From positions 1-20,055 of the forward strand of contig JAWODM010000002.1 of NCBI GenBank assembly GCA_046483305.1: 20,055 bases of DNA, written 5' to 3'. This stretch comes from Candidatus Krumholzibacteriales bacterium. GTDB taxonomy: Bacteria; Krumholzibacteriota; Krumholzibacteriia; Krumholzibacteriales; WJIX01. Below, in pieces: positions 17,101 through 20,055 of this stretch (the first letter of the stretch is position 1; each line of letters starts with the position of its first letter). The notes beneath the pieces are model-generated. The model saw only the letters and a program-made list of their open reading frames with translations. It had not been told where the DNA came from and did not search any database. Both the position numbers and the translations under genes were made by a program.

Positions 17101-17222
17101 GATTCGAGGATGGCGCTGAATTAATTGACGAGCTCAACGGCGGCGCCTATCTGGTAGAGGACGGAGCCGTGGTTATGGAATTGGATGGCGTATCCGGAGC
17201 GGTTCTTTCCCCTGCTGAATAG
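14160..17222 (+). CDS. Lipoprotein GH13 glycosidase (neopullulanase/cyclomaltodextrinase-like) with three N-terminal CBM48 (AMPK-type glycogen-binding) modules
   Basis: AAGGAG RBS and lipobox-like YLS-C25. Motifs TPDWAKDGVLYQIFPERF, GGDIAGV, NHKYDPVDY, DLALNHTG, DGFRLDVPNE (Asp at 16425), VGEIW (Glu at 16512), FDSHDT (Asp at 16716), YYGDEVG and DPDCRRPFPW. The catalytic triad is intact. Confidence 0.93.
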   Translation: MNKIRKSGVVTSLLILSLVFIYLSCAKAPAETPAAGEQGEVSVTFTFQPERAVSGLYLAGSFNEWQESDIRMEDKDGDGVYQVTIGLEPGEYQYKFVVDGNWIVDPGAESYTDDGYGGKNSVVNVPSGESSMVVGSFEEAVPKEAPASPSGGGKVPVTFMYQPEGGEPAGVYLAGTFNDWSDSATPMTDNDGDGIYSVELKLDPGRYQYKFVVDGSWITDTTAEEFDDDGFGGKNSVLVVEPGDAEEGLVVGMYSGEPGGSAGGPEAVETEKEAGLRKVTFSFQPRISGVQDVFLAGTFNEWKEAKTRMTDDDGDGTYEVTLLLPPGRYQYKFVVDGKWTTDENAEAFADDGFGGRNSVIVVDASYEEVEIEKGDGAMMRSDIPLTVDYSMVNPFSEGKIAFSTRAHIGDVEGVGMIYSVNGSEIKFVDLVQENSDKVFQYYRTVLEIPYSSEVNFSFRYSDAGVHFYAAPGGIEEGRPEMEEMFFYSPDVLEPFFTPDWAKDGVLYQIFPERFRNGDKSNDPDFSEFYYEGVTELPPGGKTNGEYFHLVEQWQNISGLKRSPYRTDGKPDYYSFYGGDIAGVMEKLPYLEELGVTVIYFNPLNQARSNHKYDPVDYLKIDPHFADEETFREFVNQAHQSGIRIIVDLALNHTGNYHFAFLDGREKGRKSKYWDWYEWKRWPLPEGDIPNPSDYYSCWWGFGIHPNLNFDLSRPNEQENNIRDISNAEPNMDLVKYLLEIPVYWMGELGIDGFRLDVPNEVPFWFWEMFRDKVDEVKPDAYLVGEIWGNAMPWLGPDCFHSTMNYKYFRDPVIDFFALRNTSAERFDREIAPGRSIYPIQATRVMMNLFDSHDTRRFVTTAGGHEERLMLAALFQMTYIGIPQIYYGDEVGLRGDKDPDCRRPFPWDWKDNPGRSKIHDFYTRAISIRHRHPALRTGSFTTVLAEGRVYSYLREKDGERVVVVLNNESGGMEIQLPLGEFGFEDGAELIDELNGGAYLVEDGAVVMELDGVSGAVLSPAE
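14280..15246 (+). repeat. Three tandem CBM48 coding repeats (about 14280-14535, 14621-14880, 14987-15246)
   Basis: Each reads VTFxF/YQP...YLAGS/TFNxW...MxDxDGDGxY...LxPGxYQYKFVVDGxW..D......DDGF/YGGK/RNSV. The DNA TATCAGTACAAATTCGTGGTGGA is identical in copies 1 and 2 and nearly identical in copy 3. Confidence 0.9.
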
Positions 17223-17263
17223 AATGCCGGTTAATCCGGGGTTGCGGCGGGAAAGAGCGCCGG

Positions 17264-17689
17264 TCAGCGGACTATAAGCAGTGAATTGGTGAAATCCCCA
17301 TCCTGTATGGTATTGGGGTTATTGGGGTCGAGTTCCCACCTTACCGCGTGGTCTATCACGAACTTGTACTGATATCTTCCCGGCTTCAGATCCTTGACTA
17401 TGGTCCAGATACCGTCGCCGTCCTCATCAGACATCGGATCGATGGTGGGATCGAACCTCCCGCTCCCCTCTGTCCCGCACCAGCTGTTGAAGGAACCGGC
17501 CAGGTTTATATATTTAGCCGAGGGCGCTTCATACTGAAACAGAATGCCCCCTTCTACCCGGTGGGGGGGAGGTATCCTGTTGCGGATTATTCTGGTAAGA
17601 AGGCAGCCGCCCACGGTCAGGGACAGCGCCAGAAGAGAGGCGGATAGCAGAATTACTATCGGCAATTTGCTGGTAAGGTTATTCTTCAT
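17264..17689 (-). CDS. Small lipoprotein consisting of a single CBM48-like glycogen-binding domain
   Basis: GGGAGGAG RBS; hydrophobic signal ending VGG-C29; NLAGSFNSW...MSDEDGDGIW...LKPGRYQYKFVID...WELDPNNP...NSLL. Confidence 0.85.
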   Translation of the reverse strand: MKNNLTSKLPIVILLSASLLALSLTVGGCLLTRIIRNRIPPPHRVEGGILFQYEAPSAKYINLAGSFNSWCGTEGSGRFDPTIDPMSDEDGDGIWTIVKDLKPGRYQYKFVIDHAVRWELDPNNPNTIQDGDFTNSLLIVR

Positions 17690-17705
17690 GTTCTCCTCCC
17701 TTCAG

Positions 17706-19868
17706 CTAGAAGTTGAATACAGCTCTCAGAGTTATGACCTGAAGATCCGCCAGGGCCTCTTCCGCGTCCATCATGGTGGTTCCCGGGTTCTGGTAGAGGT
17801 ATTCATTCCTGAACAGGTAGCGCCCGATCCTTCGCCCGTCGTAGTCTATGCTGAAATCCAGGGGATCCAGTCCGTAGGCGAGCAGAACGCTGACTCTGGC
17901 GGCAGGGGTATAGGAGAATCCTGCAAAGGGCGATGTAAATGTGCCGGAATCCTCGCCCCCTCCCGCGTTCTCATACTCCATGTGTATAGTCCTTATGTTG
18001 GCAAACGCTGATAATTTATCAGTAAACTTGTAATTACACCTGGCTATAATCTCAAACTCCGATCCGCCGGAGGCAAGGGCTTCGGAACCTTCCCTGCTGA
18101 GGTAGTTCTGCTCTATATCGAAATCGAAATCAGAAGTAACCTGCCAGCTTGCTCCCGAAGAGACCGAGTAATTATAGTGCCACAGGTCTCTCTGGCCGCC
18201 CGGTTTGTCGTAATCGTACATGTTCCTCTGGAGCCACAGCTTCAGGGTCATTCCGTCGAATAATCCAGATCCTATATCGTATTTCATGTAGAGTTCGCTG
18301 TAGTCATGGGTGAGAGCGGCCGGGTCAGGTTCGACAGTGAAGTATATCTGCTTATTCGCCTCCACCTGTCTCCTGAAAGCTGCGTTCAGGGCGGTTTCGT
18401 CTTCGGAGGCGCCGCTGAACTGGTTTCTGGTATGTTCCGCGTTAATGTAGAGGTTTTCGATCAGGGTGCTGGTGAGGCCTCCGTGATAAACCATATTGTC
18501 CTGTTCCATGATCGGAACATCGATGGGGGCGTTGCCGAGATCGATACCGAAGCTGTTGGCGGTCACAAATCTCTGGTTCTTCTTTCCGGTAAGCAGTTCC
18601 AGCCTTGGATTGAGGTCCCCGCCGAAGAGTTCGGCGCTGAGGTCCAGGCCGTAGTTGAATCTCTTATCATCCATCTCGAACCAGTCGCTGGGATCTCCGG
18701 TTCTGTTTATATGCTCGTCCAGTTTTTCTATTCCGGTATTAACCGGGTCGGCTCCAACCCTGTCGGTGAAGTTCAGCCACCACACATTTCTTCTCATTAA
18801 GAAGTTTCCGCCCAGGGTTATTTCCCTGAATTTTCTGGTTAAACGCCCGTAATACAGGTCGGTTCCGGTGTTATCGTATATATCGGGATCGTTGTAGATG
18901 TCGTAATCGTGAACGTTTGCGAGAAACCCTTCAAAGTCCACGCCGTAGCTGCTGAAGCTGCCGGTAACTCCCGATGTGCCCTTTCCGGTTTTCAGGTGTT
19001 CGTCGAAAATGGTTCCGGGAAGGTCCAGGTCTCCAAAATAGTTTGAGGGGTCGCTGCTCTGCAGAACTTCCTCGCTGTAGTATCCTCTCAGTTCAAACTG
19101 CCCGGGGGTGACATCGATATGAGCTTCATCCAGGATCGCCGATATATTGTTCGGTTCCAGGAAGTCCTTCTCGCTGTCTATTCTGAGCCGTGTATATCCG
19201 TGCACTATATCGCTGATCATAATATCGAAGTTCATATCTATTTTTGCCGCCGGCCTCTGAAGCCGCCACCTGTTTTCGGATATGTAGACTTCTTCCTCGT
19301 CTGCCGCTCCTTCTCTAAGAAGCAGGAGATATTCCCTGCCCCTGGAAGCTTCCGACCTGAGGAGAAAACGGCCGCTGTAATGAACGTTGGGGCTGAGCGC
19401 GGTGTTCGCGCTCATCGCCTGGGTCTCTCCCGATATTACTATCTCCCCGCTGCTGCTTATCTCCACTACCGAGTTTGTCCCACCGTAGGGGTCGGCCTTG
19501 GTGTTGGGATTCTCCTGGTCTGTTATCCATGCTTCGTCAACCACGAATTTGTATTCGTGCTCCCCGGGGTCCAGATCCAGGGCCGCTTTCCAGTACCCTT
19601 CATCATCCTTGTTCATCGGAGTGGCGGTGGTATTCCAGTTGTTGAATGAGCCCGCCAGGTACACCTTGCCGGCGTAGGGGTCGTAATAGCTGAACTGGAC
19701 TTTGCCGCTGTCCAGCATTTTAACCCCGCCTTGCGCCGGGATTGCCGGCGCGATGGTCATTGCCGCGGCCGCCAGGAACAGAAAGGTGCGGGAGAAGAAC
19801 GACCTCCGCCTTTCCGCTCCCCGCGGACAGACAGTTTTGATTTTCTTTCTTCTTCTTTTCAAATTCAT
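17706..19868 (-). CDS. Putative outer-membrane beta-barrel protein with an N-terminal CBM48 glycogen-binding domain
   Basis: Signal peptide (...APAIPAQG), then CBM48 (VYLAGSFNNW...LDPGEHEYKFVVDEAWITDQENP...GGTNSV). The remaining ~570 aa are amphipathic alternating strands (YSGRFLLRS, IDMNFDI, YGLDLSAEL, FAGFSYTP, VSVLLAYG) ending in a BAM beta-signal-like ITLRAVFNF with terminal Phe. Confidence 0.75.
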   Translation of the reverse strand: MNLKRRRKKIKTVCPRGAERRRSFFSRTFLFLAAAAMTIAPAIPAQGGVKMLDSGKVQFSYYDPYAGKVYLAGSFNNWNTTATPMNKDDEGYWKAALDLDPGEHEYKFVVDEAWITDQENPNTKADPYGGTNSVVEISSSGEIVISGETQAMSANTALSPNVHYSGRFLLRSEASRGREYLLLLREGAADEEEVYISENRWRLQRPAAKIDMNFDIMISDIVHGYTRLRIDSEKDFLEPNNISAILDEAHIDVTPGQFELRGYYSEEVLQSSDPSNYFGDLDLPGTIFDEHLKTGKGTSGVTGSFSSYGVDFEGFLANVHDYDIYNDPDIYDNTGTDLYYGRLTRKFREITLGGNFLMRRNVWWLNFTDRVGADPVNTGIEKLDEHINRTGDPSDWFEMDDKRFNYGLDLSAELFGGDLNPRLELLTGKKNQRFVTANSFGIDLGNAPIDVPIMEQDNMVYHGGLTSTLIENLYINAEHTRNQFSGASEDETALNAAFRRQVEANKQIYFTVEPDPAALTHDYSELYMKYDIGSGLFDGMTLKLWLQRNMYDYDKPGGQRDLWHYNYSVSSGASWQVTSDFDFDIEQNYLSREGSEALASGGSEFEIIARCNYKFTDKLSAFANIRTIHMEYENAGGGEDSGTFTSPFAGFSYTPAARVSVLLAYGLDPLDFSIDYDGRRIGRYLFRNEYLYQNPGTTMMDAEEALADLQVITLRAVFNF

Positions 19869-19880
19869 GTCGCAACCCTT

Positions 19881-20055
19881 CTAGAAATAGAGTTTAAGAA
19901 ACAGCTTGGTCATATTATTAAGACGGGTGCCGGAACCCTCGTTGACGAAAGCGTCGGTGTTTACCAGGTGGTCGCTGTCCCAGGGCGCTCCGTATTCAAG
20001 GAAGCACTCCGCCCCATAACCGATATCGTATCTTATCTGGGCGAAGACTGTCGCC
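19881..20055 (-). CDS. 3' end of a second putative outer-membrane beta-barrel protein, truncated by the window edge
   Basis: Not in the ORF track. Manual translation gives ...ATVFAQIRYDIGYGAECFLEYGAPWDSDHLVNTDAFVNEGSGTRLNNMTKLFLKLYF*, with TAG at 19881-19883. It shows alternating strands and a terminal Phe, and stops 12 nt before the next ATG. Confidence 0.7.
   Translation of the reverse strand, partial: ATVFAQIRYDIGYGAECFLEYGAPWDSDHLVNTDAFVNEGSGTRLNNMTKLFLKLYF

Noticed and set aside
17223..17263. Bidirectional terminator between the convergent GH13 and lipoprotein genes
   Set aside because: No convincing stem with a U-tract in the 41-nt gap.
17706..19868. Calling the barrel SusC, another TonB-dependent receptor, or LamB
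   Set aside because: No recognisable plug, TonB box, SusC or LamB motifs, so no gene symbol was assigned.

Overview
Bacterial, moderately GC-rich and gene-dense window, probably from an FCB-group candidate lineage such as Krumholzibacteriota or Latescibacterota. That placement is inferred from the FlgD/T9SS-type C-terminal domains and a WGxxKxxYR tail. Left part: the 3' end of a probable HD-domain gene, a minus-strand pair (long-chain acyl-CoA synthetase and UbiA prenyltransferase), and a secreted 14-repeat LVIVD beta-propeller protein. From about 5.9 kb to the right edge the window is an alpha-glucan (starch/glycogen/maltodextrin) utilisation locus. A consensus sigma70 promoter drives a small CBM20 protein, a large secreted multidomain GH57 enzyme and a non-catalytic triple-CBM20-like protein. 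After a terminator comes a lipoprotein GH13 (neopullulanase-like) with three CBM48 modules. A convergent operon encodes a truncated outer-membrane beta-barrel, a CBM48-fused beta-barrel and a CBM48 lipoprotein. No SusC/SusD, LamB or ABC transporter is visible, so this looks like a non-Sus outer-membrane alpha-glucan capture and uptake system. No rRNA, tRNA, CRISPR array or mobile element was recognised. All family calls come from reading motifs, not from database searches.
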